This document shows, one piece after another, positions 45,897-56,484 of a stretch of DNA of 64,000 nt (position 1 is its first letter; each line of letters begins with the position of its first letter). The DNA is from a virus (taxonomy: Duplodnaviria; Caudoviricetes). The DNA lies in IMG/VR virus record IMGVR_UViG_3300037420_001397, positions 559-64,558 of that record; one strand, written 5' to 3'. A program made the position numbers and the translations under genes. The notes under the pieces are model-generated. The model saw only the letters and a list, made by a program, of their open reading frames with translations. It ran no database searches and was not told where the DNA came from.

Positions 45897-46370
45897 ATGG
45901 CCGGCAGGCGACCGAAGCCGACGCACCTGAAGGTGGTGTCGGGCAATCCCGGCAAGCGCGCGATCAATAAGCGCGAACCGCAGCCGCGGCGTGAGCTTCC
46001 AAGCTGCCCGGCGCATCTGTCCGACGAAGCCAAGGTCGCCTGGGGCCGCATGTCCGTCCTGCTGGACCGCATGGGTGTGCTCACCGAAGCCGACGCCTAC
46101 GCTCTGGAGCGCGGCTGCGCGGTGTACGCCGAGATCCTGGCCTACCAGAGGCTGGTGGATGAGGGCGGCGCGACCTACACGACGACCAGCATGTCCGGCG
46201 ACAAGGTCCTCAAGGCCAACCCGGCTGTGGCCATGCTCGCCGACGCCGACCGCCGCTTCAAGGCGTGGCTGGTCGAGTTCGGCCTGACGCCCGCTGCGAG
46301 ATCGAAGGTTCATGTCCAAAACCCCGACGACGGCGAGCAAGAAGACCCGATGCAGGAGTTCTTCGGCTGA
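45897..46370 (+). CDS. terS: Terminase small subunit (P27 family)
   Basis: MAGRRPKPT...GNPGKR...NPAV...EFGLTPAAR. Confidence 0.93.
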   Translation: MAGRRPKPTHLKVVSGNPGKRAINKREPQPRRELPSCPAHLSDEAKVAWGRMSVLLDRMGVLTEADAYALERGCAVYAEILAYQRLVDEGGATYTTTSMSGDKVLKANPAVAMLADADRRFKAWLVEFGLTPAARSKVHVQNPDDGEQEDPMQEFFG

Positions 46371-48090
46371 CGCGGGCGACCCGGTCACCGCCTACGCCCG
46401 ATCAGTCGCCGAGGGGCGGCGCATTGCCGGCCCGCACGTGCACGCGGCCTGCGCTCGGCACCTGCGTGACCTCGAGCACGGCCCCGCGCGCGGGCTGGTC
46501 TGGGATGTCGAAGCCGCAGCCAAGGCGCTGCGGTTCTACGCCAAGGTTCTCAAGCTCAACGGCGGCGACTTCGAAGGCAAGTCCTTCGAGCTCCTGGCTT
46601 GGCAGCAGTTCGTGGTCGGCAGCCTCTTCGGCTGGAGGGGCGCCGACGGCTACCGGCGCTTCCGCGTGGCCTACGTCGAGACGGCAAAGGGCTCCGGCAA
46701 GTCGCCGTTGTCGGCCGGCATCGGCCTGTACGGCTTGACGGCAGACGGCGAGGCGCGCGCCGAGATCTACGCTGCGGCGACGAAGAAGGATCAGGCCATG
46801 ATCCTCTTCCGCGACGCGGTGGCCATGGTGGACCAGTCGCCGGAGCTCACCAAACGGCTGACCAAGAGCGGCACCGGCGAGCGCGTGTGGAACCTGGCCT
46901 ACCTGCAGGCCGGCAGCTTCTTCCGCCCGATCAGCTCGGATGATGGGCAGTCCGGCCCGCGGCCGCACATTGCGCTCATCGACGAGCTGCACGAGCACAA
47001 GACCAACACGGTCGTGGAGATGATGCGCGCCGGCACCAAGAGCCGGCGGCAGGCACTGATCTTCATGATCACCAACAGCGGCTCCAACAAGCAGGGGCCA
47101 TGCTGGGCGTATCACGAGTACGGCGCCAAGGTGGCGGCTGGCACGCTGGAAGACGACGCGTTCTTCGCCTTCATCTGCGCCCTGGACGAGGGCGAGGACC
47201 CGTTCGAGGACGAGTCCTGCTGGGTCAAGGCGAACCCGTCGCTGCAGGATGCCGACCTGCCGGGCATGAAGTACTTGCGCGAGCAGGTGACCGAGGCGCG
47301 CGGCATGCCGTCGAAAGAGGCCATCGTTCGCCGGCTGAACTTCTGCCAGTGGACGGACGCCGCGTCACCCTGGTTGTCGGCCGACGTCTGGAAGGGCGCC
47401 AAGCGGGACTTTGACTGGCGCGAGCTGCGCGGCCGGCGCGCCTGGGGCGGACTGGACCTGTCGTCCACCACCGACCTTACTGGCCTCGTACTGCTGGTGG
47501 AGCCCGCGGAAGCCGGAGAGCCCTGGCACCTGGTGCCGTTCGCCTGGCTGCCGGACGAAGGCCTGCAGCAGAAGTCGGACAAGGACCGGGTGCCCTACGT
47601 GCAGTGGAAGGCCTCCGGCCACCTGGACACGACGCCCGGCCGCGCGGTGAGCAAGCGCATCGTCATGCAGCGCCTGTCTGCGCTGGCTGAGGTCTTCGAC
47701 ATCCAGGAGATCGCCTACGACCGCTGGCGCATCGAGGACTTGCTGGCCATGGCCGACGACGAGGGCATCGTGCTGCCGCGCATGGCGCCATGGGGCCAGG
47801 GCTACAAGAGCATGAGCCCGGCCATCGAGGAATTCGAGCGGATGCTGCTCAACAACGAACTCGCGCATAGCGGGCATCCGGTTTTCAACATGTGCGCGGG
47901 CAACGCGGTGACGGTGATGGATGACGCCGAGAACCGCAAGCTCAGCAAGGAAAAGGCCACGGGCCGCATCGACCTCATCCAGGCCGCCGTCATGGCCGTG
48001 GGTGTGATGTCGAAGCCGCCGGCGGAAGACGAGTTCCCCGGCTCCGTCTACGAAGACATCGCCCGCGCGCGACAAGGACATCCCGCATGA
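46312..48090 (+). CDS. terL: Terminase large subunit
   Basis: ETAKGSGKS Walker A; IDELH Walker B; GLDLSSTTD and RID nuclease motifs. Confidence 0.96.
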   Translation: MSKTPTTASKKTRCRSSSADAGDPVTAYARSVAEGRRIAGPHVHAACARHLRDLEHGPARGLVWDVEAAAKALRFYAKVLKLNGGDFEGKSFELLAWQQFVVGSLFGWRGADGYRRFRVAYVETAKGSGKSPLSAGIGLYGLTADGEARAEIYAAATKKDQAMILFRDAVAMVDQSPELTKRLTKSGTGERVWNLAYLQAGSFFRPISSDDGQSGPRPHIALIDELHEHKTNTVVEMMRAGTKSRRQALIFMITNSGSNKQGPCWAYHEYGAKVAAGTLEDDAFFAFICALDEGEDPFEDESCWVKANPSLQDADLPGMKYLREQVTEARGMPSKEAIVRRLNFCQWTDAASPWLSADVWKGAKRDFDWRELRGRRAWGGLDLSSTTDLTGLVLLVEPAEAGEPWHLVPFAWLPDEGLQQKSDKDRVPYVQWKASGHLDTTPGRAVSKRIVMQRLSALAEVFDIQEIAYDRWRIEDLLAMADDEGIVLPRMAPWGQGYKSMSPAIEEFERMLLNNELAHSGHPVFNMCAGNAVTVMDDAENRKLSKEKATGRIDLIQAAVMAVGVMSKPPAEDEFPGSVYEDIARARQGHPA

Positions 48091-49385
48091 GCTGGTACAG
48101 CAGGGTCAAGGCCTTCGGCGCCGGGCTGGTCGGCGGCATGCGCAAGGCCGGCCTGGAGATCATCCGCATCGCCGCGCCGTGGCAGACGCAGGCCGGCGTG
48201 TACGTCAACGCCGACACCGCACTCAAGAACGCCACGGTCTGGGCGTGCGTCACGTACCTGTCCCGCACGACGGCCCAACTGCCGTGGCGGGTGATGCAGG
48301 ACCTGTCTGCCGGCCCGAAGCGGGCGCCGATGCACCCGGTGAACTGGGTGCTCAACTGGCGGCCAAACCCGGAGATGTCGCCGTTCACGTTCAAGGAAAC
48401 CATGGTCGGCTGGGCGTGTCGCCGCGGCAACGCCGTGGCCGAGATCCAGCGCGACGCCCGGGGCGTGCCGGTGGCGCTGTGGCCCATCCATCCGACCCGC
48501 GTCGAATTCGACCGCGACCAGGACACCGGCGAGCTGCTCTACCAGGTGCAGGACGACGGCGGCACTTGGCGCACCCTGCGCGGCATGGATGTGTTCCATC
48601 TGCGCGGCTTCGGCGAGGGCGCTGTGGGCCTGGACGTGGTGTCCTACGCCGCGGAGTCCATCGGCTGGGCGCAGGCCACCGAGATCTTCGGCGCCGGCTT
48701 CTTCAGCAATGGCCTGAACCCGTCGGGCTTCCTGATGGTGCCGGGCCGGCTCAGCGTGGACGCGAAGAAGGCGATCGACGACGAAATCGACGCGCGCCAT
48801 GGCGGCGTGAAGCAAGGCCACCGGGTGATGGTGTTGGACGGCCAGATGAAGTTCGAGAAGGCCAGCGTCGAGCCGGACCATGCCCAGTTTATCGAGACTC
48901 GACAGCACCAGGTGGAGGAAATCTGCCGCTGGTTCGGCGTGCCGCCGCACAAGGTCATGCACCTGCTGCGCAGCACGAACAACAACATCGAGCACCAGTC
49001 CATCGAGGTCGTGGTGGACGCGATCACGCCGTGGGCCATGCGCATTGAGCAGGAGGGCGACTACAAGCTCTTCGGCCAGAACCGCATGGGCTACTACACG
49101 AAGATGGACCTCAAGGGCCTGCTGCGCGGCGACTTCAAGTCGCGCCAGGAGGGCCTGCAGATTCAGCGTCGCAACGGCGTCATCAACGGCAACGAGTGGC
49201 GCCGCCTGGAGGACATGGACGAGATCGGCCCGGACGGCGACAAGTACATCGTCGAAGGGAACATGACGACGCTGGAAGCCGTTGGGCAGCCGCCGGTTGC
49301 CCCGCAGGTAGATGCGGGAGCCCAGCAGGACGAATCGCCCGTTCAGCGGGCCCGCAAGCAGGCCGCCAGGGCGCTGCTGCACTGA
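48087..49385 (+). CDS. HK97-family portal protein
   Basis: VWACV...RPNPEM...VFHLRG...ICRWFGVPPHKV. Confidence 0.96.
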   Translation: MSWYSRVKAFGAGLVGGMRKAGLEIIRIAAPWQTQAGVYVNADTALKNATVWACVTYLSRTTAQLPWRVMQDLSAGPKRAPMHPVNWVLNWRPNPEMSPFTFKETMVGWACRRGNAVAEIQRDARGVPVALWPIHPTRVEFDRDQDTGELLYQVQDDGGTWRTLRGMDVFHLRGFGEGAVGLDVVSYAAESIGWAQATEIFGAGFFSNGLNPSGFLMVPGRLSVDAKKAIDDEIDARHGGVKQGHRVMVLDGQMKFEKASVEPDHAQFIETRQHQVEEICRWFGVPPHKVMHLLRSTNNNIEHQSIEVVVDAITPWAMRIEQEGDYKLFGQNRMGYYTKMDLKGLLRGDFKSRQEGLQIQRRNGVINGNEWRRLEDMDEIGPDGDKYIVEGNMTTLEAVGQPPVAPQVDAGAQQDESPVQRARKQAARALLH

Positions 49386-49391
49386 GGATCC

Positions 49392-49673
49392 ATGAGCAAC
49401 ACCAAATCCAAGGCCGAGCGCTGCGCGATCTTCGAGGCTACACATGAGGCCATTGCGCAGCTGCTGCAGCTGCCTGACGGCGCCTACATCGACATGGTCC
49501 AGTCCCATGTGGATCAGCCCGGCGTGCTGCGCTTCAGGATTCGCGGCGCCGGTCACCCGGTCGAACTCGGGCAGCTGATCCCCACCGTTCGGCCCACCGT
49601 CACGCGGCTCACCTCCGACGACGGCACGCTGGAGTGCCCAGCCATCAACTGGGACTTCCCGCCGGCGGATTGA
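49392..49673 (+). CDS. Hypothetical protein
   Basis: GAGG RBS; followed by a terminator-like hairpin. Confidence 0.65.
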   Translation: MSNTKSKAERCAIFEATHEAIAQLLQLPDGAYIDMVQSHVDQPGVLRFRIRGAGHPVELGQLIPTVRPTVTRLTSDDGTLECPAINWDFPPAD

Positions 49674-49733
49674 CTGCCGCCACGAACACACCAGGCCCGC
49701 CTCGCGCGGGCCTTTGCATTTCAGGACCACCAC

Positions 49734-50108
49734 ATGGACCTCTTCAAGGACTGCGAGATCCAGCGCATGCACCTGCGCGGCAGCCCGGTCGTGCTGATCG
49801 TGGGCGACCGCGCCGTGAGCGCGGACGAAGGCGCGGAGCTGCTGGCGCAGTACGCCGCCAGCTTCGGCCGCAGCACCGCGGTGCCCGCCTATGTCAGCTC
49901 CGACGGCTGGCAGCTGCTCAAGGGCGCCGAACGCAGGGCCGCGGTGGCTGCAACGACTGCCGTCGCCGGCGAGACAAAACCGGCCGAATCCGCATCAAAC
50001 ACCCCGGAAACTGCAACGCAGGTGTCAGAAAGCGCATCGCAGCCCGCCGCTCCCGCATCGCAGCCGCGGCCTGTCATCCATGCCCAGCACAAGAAAGGTG
50101 GCCGCTGA
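49734..50108 (+). CDS. Hypothetical protein
   Basis: Coupled to the protease gene. Confidence 0.6.
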   Translation: MDLFKDCEIQRMHLRGSPVVLIVGDRAVSADEGAELLAQYAASFGRSTAVPAYVSSDGWQLLKGAERRAAVAATTAVAGETKPAESASNTPETATQVSESASQPAAPASQPRPVIHAQHKKGGR

Positions 50109-50878
50109 TGGGCGCCGGCTACAGCATCAAGGCCAAGGGCAACCGCTCCGGCGAGATCCTGATCTATGAGGACGTCGGCGCCGGCTGGTTTGGTGGTGTG
50201 ACGGCCAAGCAGTTCAAGGTCGACCTGCACGCGCTTGGCACACTCGACACCCTGGACGTGCGCATCGCCAGTTATGGCGGAGATGTGCTCGAAGGCTTGG
50301 CCATCTATCGCACGCTGGCCGAGCACAAGGCGCGGGTGATCACGTATGCCGACAGCGCCGTAGCCTCGATCGCATCCGCGATCTTCATGGCTGGTAGCGA
50401 GCGGGTGATTGCCGAGGCCGGCTCCGTGATGATCCACGACGCCTGGACGATTACTGCCGGCAACGCCGCCGACATGCGCAAGATGGCCGATCAGCTGGAG
50501 TCCACCAGCGGCCAGCTCGCCGAGATCTACGCCGCGCGCACCGGCAACAGCCTGGACCAGGTCAAGGCCTGGATGGCCGAGACGAAGTGGTTCTACGGCC
50601 AGGAGGCGGTGGATGCCAAATTCGCCGACTCCGTCGCCGCCAACGTGCGCATGGCCGCCTACGACACCTCGATGTGGGCGAGCCTCATGCAAGGCCGCAT
50701 CGCCACGCGTGTGCACCTGGACCGCCATGCGCAGCCGCAGGGCGCCGGCGCGCCGGCGCCACAGCCCAACCCAGCCAATGCCGACGTGCGAGCCCAGCTC
50801 GCCAAGCTGAACGAGCGCATGCGCGCCCGCCACGTCACCCCGCCGCCCAACAACCAGTCTCGCGGAGCCGGGGCGTAA
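50108..50878 (+). CDS. ClpP-like head maturation protease
   Basis: IASYGGDV, ASIAS, MIHDAW, EAVDAKFAD. Confidence 0.92.
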   Translation: MGAGYSIKAKGNRSGEILIYEDVGAGWFGGVTAKQFKVDLHALGTLDTLDVRIASYGGDVLEGLAIYRTLAEHKARVITYADSAVASIASAIFMAGSERVIAEAGSVMIHDAWTITAGNAADMRKMADQLESTSGQLAEIYAARTGNSLDQVKAWMAETKWFYGQEAVDAKFADSVAANVRMAAYDTSMWASLMQGRIATRVHLDRHAQPQGAGAPAPQPNPANADVRAQLAKLNERMRARHVTPPPNNQSRGAGA

Positions 50879-50913
50879 GTCCTGCCGCGTACCGAGCCGC
50901 GAGGCTCTGCAAC

Positions 50914-50943
50914 AGCCGCCCACCCGGGCGGCTTTTTCTTTTG
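50914..50943 (+). terminator. Intrinsic terminator
   Basis: agccgccc-accc-gggcggct followed by a T run. Confidence 0.75.
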
Positions 50944-50953
50944 GAGCATTGAT

Positions 50954-52459
50954 ATGCGCATCAACCCCCGCGAAATCTGGGCGGTGCGGCAGGCAGCCCT
51001 CGCCGCTCTCGTCGCCATGGTCGGCATCCGCGCCGAAGGCGAAGACGCAACGATCGTGGCTTACCGCCGCCGCCAGGAAGAGCTCGTCGAGGCCTCGAAC
51101 AACATCCTGGCCGCCGCCGACACCGAATCGCGCGAGCTTACCGTCGACGAGCGCCGCACCATCTCCGACAACTCCACCGAGGTGGAGCGTCTGGAGGAGG
51201 AAATCGGCCTGCGCAACCGCGTCGCGGCCCAGGACGACCGCATGCGTCAGCCGCAGCAGCGCCGCACGCCGGCCAACGCCGGCGAGCCGCTGAATGCCGG
51301 CGGCAACGACGACGAGCAGCACGAGCCGCAGCAGCGCCCGCAGGCCCGCGGAACGCACATCCAGACCACGCACATCCAGACGCCGGCCACCCGCGCCGCG
51401 GGGCGTGGCAACGGCGGCTTCAACACGCTCGGCCACTTCGCCCAGGCCGTGCGCAACGGCTGCATCAGCCCGGGCAACATGGACGGGCGCCTGCGCGCCT
51501 CGCTGACCACCTACGGCAGCGAGGGGGTGGGTGCCGACGGCGGCTTCGCCGTGCCGCCCGACTTCCGCACGGAAATCATGCGCCAGGTGATGGCCGAGGA
51601 GTCGCTGTTCTCGCGCTGCGACGCCACGCCGTCCAACAGCAACAGCGTCACGGTGCCGACCGACGAGACCACCCCGTGGTCCACGAGCGGCGTGCGCGTC
51701 TACACCCGCGCCGAAGCCGGCGCGATGACGCAGAGCAAGCCGAGCCTGAAGGATATGACCGTGCGCCTGCACGAGCTCTACGCCTTCGTGCCGATGACGG
51801 ACGAGCTGCTCGAAGACGTGCCGATGATGTCGTCGTACCTGACGACCAAGGCCGGCGAGGCGATCCAGTTCAAGCTGAACGACTACATCGTCAACGGCAC
51901 CGGCGTCGGCCAGATGCTCGGCATCCTGAACTCCGGCTGCCTGGTGTCGGTCGCCAAGGAGACCTCCCAGGTCGCCGCCACCGTGCACGCCGACAACATC
52001 GCCAAGATGTGGGGTCGCATGCCCGCTGCGGTTCGCAGCCGCTCGGTGTGGCTGGTGAATCAGGACGTCGAGAGCACGCAGCTCATGAAGCTCGGCTTCA
52101 CGGTGCAGACCGCCAGCGGCACGGCCACCGGCGGCATGCCCCTCTTCGTGCCGCCCAACGGCCTGGCCGGTCAGCCTCTGGCCACGCTGCTCGGCCGCCC
52201 GGTGATTGCCTCCGAGGCCTGCTCCGCGCTGGGCACCAAGGGCGACATCATCCTGGCCTACCTCGGTGGCTACTTCGCGCCCTTCAAGAGCGGCGGCGTG
52301 AAGGCCGACGTGTCGATGCACCTGTTCTTCGATCAGGGCGTCACCGCCTTCCGCTGGACCCTGCGCACCGGCGGTCAGCCATGGCTGTCTGCGCCGATCG
52401 CGCGCAAGGCCGGCAGCAACACGCTGTCCCACTTCGTCACCCTCGACGACCGCGCGTAA
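50954..52459 (+). CDS. Major capsid protein (HK97 fold)
   Basis: Coiled-coil delta domain; DGGFAVP; EAG.MTQSKP; TDELLED. Confidence 0.95.
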   Translation: MRINPREIWAVRQAALAALVAMVGIRAEGEDATIVAYRRRQEELVEASNNILAAADTESRELTVDERRTISDNSTEVERLEEEIGLRNRVAAQDDRMRQPQQRRTPANAGEPLNAGGNDDEQHEPQQRPQARGTHIQTTHIQTPATRAAGRGNGGFNTLGHFAQAVRNGCISPGNMDGRLRASLTTYGSEGVGADGGFAVPPDFRTEIMRQVMAEESLFSRCDATPSNSNSVTVPTDETTPWSTSGVRVYTRAEAGAMTQSKPSLKDMTVRLHELYAFVPMTDELLEDVPMMSSYLTTKAGEAIQFKLNDYIVNGTGVGQMLGILNSGCLVSVAKETSQVAATVHADNIAKMWGRMPAAVRSRSVWLVNQDVESTQLMKLGFTVQTASGTATGGMPLFVPPNGLAGQPLATLLGRPVIASEACSALGTKGDIILAYLGGYFAPFKSGGVKADVSMHLFFDQGVTAFRWTLRTGGQPWLSAPIARKAGSNTLSHFVTLDDRA

Positions 52460-52485
52460 TCGGGTCCGCCTCAAGGAGTTGAATC

Positions 52486-52935
52486 ATGAGCGTTTCCATC
52501 AAGGAATCCGTCGGCGAGGCCCTGCCGGTGCTTGGCTCGAAAGTCGGCACGGCCACCAGCACGCCGCTCATCAGCGGCGCGATCTCGATGATCGATGCCG
52601 GTCAGGTGCTGTGCTGCTTCCACCTGGGCGACATGGCGGCCGAGACCATCGACTGCAAGGTGCAGACCTGCGACAGCGACGGCACCAGCAACGCCGCCGA
52701 CCTCAAGGCGGCCACGCAGCTGGCTGCGCACGCGACGAACAACGACAACAAGGTCATCGTCATCGCCGTGCGTCAGGACGAGCTGATCGCGTCTGGCAAG
52801 AAGCACATCCGCATGCACTGCGTGACCGGCAGCACCGTCGGCGGCACTGTGTGCCTGGCCGCAGTGGGGGCGAACACGAAGTACGGGCCTGGCTCGGACT
52901 ACGACGCCTCGGCGGTGGTGCAGGTCAAGCTCTGA
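52486..52935 (+). CDS. Head decoration/cement protein candidate
   Basis: Beta-rich 149 aa gene right after the capsid gene. Confidence 0.6.
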   Translation: MSVSIKESVGEALPVLGSKVGTATSTPLISGAISMIDAGQVLCCFHLGDMAAETIDCKVQTCDSDGTSNAADLKAATQLAAHATNNDNKVIVIAVRQDELIASGKKHIRMHCVTGSTVGGTVCLAAVGANTKYGPGSDYDASAVVQVKL

Positions 52936-52957
52936 TCCGCTGTAGCCAATCACACCA

Positions 52958-52980
52958 GGCCGCCTTCGGGCGGCCTTTTC
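52958..52980 (+). terminator. Intrinsic terminator
   Basis: ggccgcc-ttcg-ggcggcc-tttt. Confidence 0.8.
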
Positions 52981-52996
52981 ATTTCCGGAGGCCGTC

Positions 52997-53485
52997 ATGG
53001 CTGCAACCGTTCGCATCGTGCAAAAGAATGGCGCCGGCGCAACCGCGACCGATGCCGCCGGCGGCGTCCGCTTCAAAAACGCCGACAACGCCACCGTCGA
53101 CCTGAACAACCCCCTGGTCAAGCCGACCAGCGGCAGCGACTTCAGCTTCGAGAAGTGGCTTCGCCTGGAGGTGACCGGCGGCACCTACAGCCAGATCACG
53201 AACATCAAGGCCTACAGCGACGGCACGAACAGCCTGGGCACTGGCGTGCTGCTGTGGGCCAAGGCTGTGACCACCTACGCCACGCCGGCCGAGGCCACCG
53301 CCACCACCGGCTACAACAACTTCTTTGGCTACACGTCTGGCTCGGCACTTAGCCTGGGTGCCGGCCCCTACACCAGCACCGGCGAGAAGGGTGACCACCT
53401 GGTGATGATGTGTGAAGTGCAGTCCACCGCTTCGGGCGGCCTGGCGCAAGGGGACTCCGTCTATTTCTCGTGGGATGAAGTTTGA
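52997..53485 (+). CDS. Virion structural protein
   Basis: GGAGG RBS; beta-rich, Thr/Gly-rich. Confidence 0.7.
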   Translation: MAATVRIVQKNGAGATATDAAGGVRFKNADNATVDLNNPLVKPTSGSDFSFEKWLRLEVTGGTYSQITNIKAYSDGTNSLGTGVLLWAKAVTTYATPAEATATTGYNNFFGYTSGSALSLGAGPYTSTGEKGDHLVMMCEVQSTASGGLAQGDSVYFSWDEV

Positions 53486-53552
53486 CGGTCAACCAACGCC
53501 TGTCAGCCGATCAACACGCCGCCCATGAGGCGGCTTTCTCTTTCCCGCCCTC

Positions 53553-53804
53553 ATGACCGACCCCGCCCCCTTCGAAATCGCGACCGACACCCAAAGCGGC
53601 ATGCGCGCGGCCACCAACGGCTCCGTGCGTGTCGCTCTGCATGACGAAGAGGGCGTGATCTTCCGCCGCCGCGGCGTGATGGCTATCGGCCCTCGGGCCG
53701 GTTCGCACGTCGAGTGGGTTGTGGTCGAGCTGGCTGGCGTGCGCGTGTACGTCGACAGCGCGAGCGGCTCGGTCGTTGTGTCGCGCCAAGACATCCGCCC
53801 CTGA
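53553..53804 (+). CDS. Hypothetical protein
   Basis: ORF in the late operon. Confidence 0.6.
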   Translation: MTDPAPFEIATDTQSGMRAATNGSVRVALHDEEGVIFRRRGVMAIGPRAGSHVEWVVVELAGVRVYVDSASGSVVVSRQDIRP

Positions 53805-53823
53805 TTCGCCCGGAGAACCTGCC

Positions 53824-54267
53824 ATGCCTCTCTTTTCCGTTTCGCGTGCCCGCACCACGCTCAGCACGACTGCTGATCTGCTAACCATCGTTGCCAGTGC
53901 CACCAAGCCGCTGCGCATCACCGTGATCGACATCAAGGGCATGGACACGGCCAGCGCCGTCAACGAGATCCTCGCGCAGCGCAGCTCCGGCGGCACGACC
54001 CCGGGCGGCGCCATCACGCCCAGCAAGCTCAACCCGTCCAGCGCGGCGGCCAGCTTCAGCGTCTACACGACGTGGAGCGCGCAACCGACGCTCGACGGCG
54101 CGATCATGTGGCGCTTCGGCCCGAACGCCAACGGCGGCATTGACAAGTACGTCGCGCCCCCGGGCTGGGAAATCCCGGTGCCGGTCGGTGGCCAGCTCAG
54201 CATCCGCAGTGCCAGCGGCACCGGCAACGTGACGATCAACCTGGCGATCGAAGAGATCGACGGCTGA
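53824..54267 (+). CDS. Virion structural protein
   Basis: Beta-sandwich-like composition. Confidence 0.65.
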   Translation: MPLFSVSRARTTLSTTADLLTIVASATKPLRITVIDIKGMDTASAVNEILAQRSSGGTTPGGAITPSKLNPSSAAASFSVYTTWSAQPTLDGAIMWRFGPNANGGIDKYVAPPGWEIPVPVGGQLSIRSASGTGNVTINLAIEEIDG

Positions 54268-54270
54268 GCC

Positions 54271-55749
54271 ATGGCATACGGTAGGCCCTACGCAGTGCGC
54301 GCCGGAATGGGACGCCCGCAGCGCCGACGCCCGTCGGAGTCGTATGCGCAGCCGGCATCTGCCATTGCATCGGGCCCGCTGTCCCTGGCCCTGCAGTACC
54401 AGCGCCTGCTGTCTGCTGGCCTGTCCACACAAGTAGACCTGCCGGCGCAGGGCTCCACAGATTTCCGCTACGTCGGCCCCACCGCTATGGGCAATGGCCA
54501 GGGCCGGGATTGGAGCAACCGCGCAAGCTGGAGCACCGTGGTGTTTGAGCGCGGCTTGACCTACTACCTGATGACGGGCACCTACAACGCCACGCGCACG
54601 CTCAACACGGCCGTTTTGGGCAGCCTGTACATCACGATCAAGAAGGCCACGGTGGCAGACCACGGCACCAATACAGGGTGGACCGACAGCATGGGCATTG
54701 GCCAAGCCTACTTCACGAGCCAGCTCGAGCCGATCACGATCAACACCAGCAACTGGATCATCGACGGCAACACGCGCAACGAGGCCAACTGGTTCGACGG
54801 CGACAGCTACGGCATCCGCATCGACCACTCGACGTCAGGCGGCAACGGCACGACCACCGGCCCCGGCGGCAACGCCCGCGGCCAGAACATCCGCTTCGGC
54901 GGCACCGCGGTCAACAACGTCACCGTCACGCGCTGCTACTGCTACGGCATCGGCCCGCAGACCGACAGCAACTACCGGCCGTACACGTTCGACACCGACT
55001 CCAACGACATCCAGGGTACGGGGATCGTCTTCAGCCGCAACTACATCAACCGCAGCTCCAACGTTTTCTTCATCCGTCAGACCGATGGCTGCGTGATCGA
55101 ATACAACGCCTGCGAGAACGCGTGGAGCAACGGCACGCACCACGGCGAAATCGTCAACGTGTATTTCTCGGTGTTCGACACCGTCATCCGGCACAACGTC
55201 TGGCGCAACAGCTATCAGTCGGGGCTCGGCGGCACCGCGCTCATCGCCGTGGCGGTGAACCGGTCGCAGTCGCGCAAACCCGCGATCTTCGTCTACGGCA
55301 ACGTTTTCGACACGTTCTATGTCGGCGACGCTGCCATAGGCTTCCTTGGCAACCCGACAAACGGCGGCAACGGCACTGGCTGCGTGATCGTCAACAACAC
55401 GTTCATTCGCGGCCTGGAGGGCAACGCCGGCATCCAGTTTCCTGATGGCAGCGGCAACACCGTGCGCAACAACCTCTGGATCGGAAGCGGCGGCTCCATC
55501 ACTGCCGGCAGCGGGTCCGTGGTGTCGCACAACGCGTTCTCGAACACGAGCTACAGCGGCTCCGGCACGAACGCCATCTTCAGCGTGCCGACGTCCATCT
55601 TCCAGAACTACGCCGGCGCCGATTACCACATCGCCAGCACCGCCAGCTTTGCGGCCGGCATCGACCTGGCGGCGCCGTACGACATCGACATGGATGGCGT
55701 CCCGCGCGTGACCGGCAACTGGACCCGCGGCGCTTACCAGCGAGTTTGA
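54271..55749 (+). CDS. Right-handed beta-helix protein (pectate-lyase-like)
   Basis: Repeated N/G-rich strands (VIRHNVW, VYGNVF, IVNNTF, VRNNLW, VSHNAF); ends DMDGVPR...WTRGAYQ. Confidence 0.8.
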   Translation: MAYGRPYAVRAGMGRPQRRRPSESYAQPASAIASGPLSLALQYQRLLSAGLSTQVDLPAQGSTDFRYVGPTAMGNGQGRDWSNRASWSTVVFERGLTYYLMTGTYNATRTLNTAVLGSLYITIKKATVADHGTNTGWTDSMGIGQAYFTSQLEPITINTSNWIIDGNTRNEANWFDGDSYGIRIDHSTSGGNGTTTGPGGNARGQNIRFGGTAVNNVTVTRCYCYGIGPQTDSNYRPYTFDTDSNDIQGTGIVFSRNYINRSSNVFFIRQTDGCVIEYNACENAWSNGTHHGEIVNVYFSVFDTVIRHNVWRNSYQSGLGGTALIAVAVNRSQSRKPAIFVYGNVFDTFYVGDAAIGFLGNPTNGGNGTGCVIVNNTFIRGLEGNAGIQFPDGSGNTVRNNLWIGSGGSITAGSGSVVSHNAFSNTSYSGSGTNAIFSVPTSIFQNYAGADYHIASTASFAAGIDLAAPYDIDMDGVPRVTGNWTRGAYQRV

Positions 55750-55752
55750 CCC

Positions 55753-56484
55753 ATGGCAGCACCAACCTTTGTCACCTCGGTAAACACGAGCACTTGGGCC
55801 CAGGCCTTCGGCAGCGCGTTGACGATGGCCGTCACGACGCAGGTCGGCGACCTGCTCGTCGTGGTAGGCACGCTCAAGAGCCACATCGATGGCCTGGTCG
55901 TCAGCGACAGCGCGACGAACACGTACACGCAGCGCGCGGACGTTGCTGTCGACTCGTCGCACGCCGAGCTCTACATCTGGACCGCCACCGCGTCCACGGC
56001 GGCGTCCGTGACGATCTCGGTCTCGCGCGGCGCTGGCACTGAAGGAGACGATGGCATCGTTTTCGGCGCCGTCGCGTACCAGTTCCGCAGCGCAGGCGGC
56101 GTCGGTGCCGTGGTGTCCGGCTCCGGTACCGGTACGGCCCCGTCTGTGAATATGACGACAACCGGCGCCAACTCGGCGGCAGTGATGTTCATCGGGGACC
56201 GCGCGGCAACGGCGCTGACGTCGCAGACGTACCGCAGCAACGCCGGGACGTTCACGCAACGCACTGCTGCCGTTGCGCAGAACAACGACACGCTGGCCAA
56301 CGAGTACTGCGTGTACCACGGCTACCACGCCGATGCCGGCGCCACCGGCACGTACGCGCTGGGCATGACGGCGCCGGCTTCACAGACCTGGACGCTGGCT
56401 GCTATCGAAGTCCTTGGGTCCGGTAGCAGCCAGTCCCAGGTGCCCCGGTCCATGCATCAATACCGCCAGAGGTTCGCGCAATGA
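55753..56484 (+). CDS. Virion fibre-associated protein
   Basis: Thr/Ala/Ser-rich; GDLLVV motif; beta-rich. Confidence 0.65.
   Translation: MAAPTFVTSVNTSTWAQAFGSALTMAVTTQVGDLLVVVGTLKSHIDGLVVSDSATNTYTQRADVAVDSSHAELYIWTATASTAASVTISVSRGAGTEGDDGIVFGAVAYQFRSAGGVGAVVSGSGTGTAPSVNMTTTGANSAAVMFIGDRAATALTSQTYRSNAGTFTQRTAAVAQNNDTLANEYCVYHGYHADAGATGTYALGMTAPASQTWTLAAIEVLGSGSSQSQVPRSMHQYRQRFAQ

Noticed and set aside
49889-52474. 861-aa minus-strand ORF
   Set aside because: Shadow of the protease and capsid genes, typical of high-GC DNA
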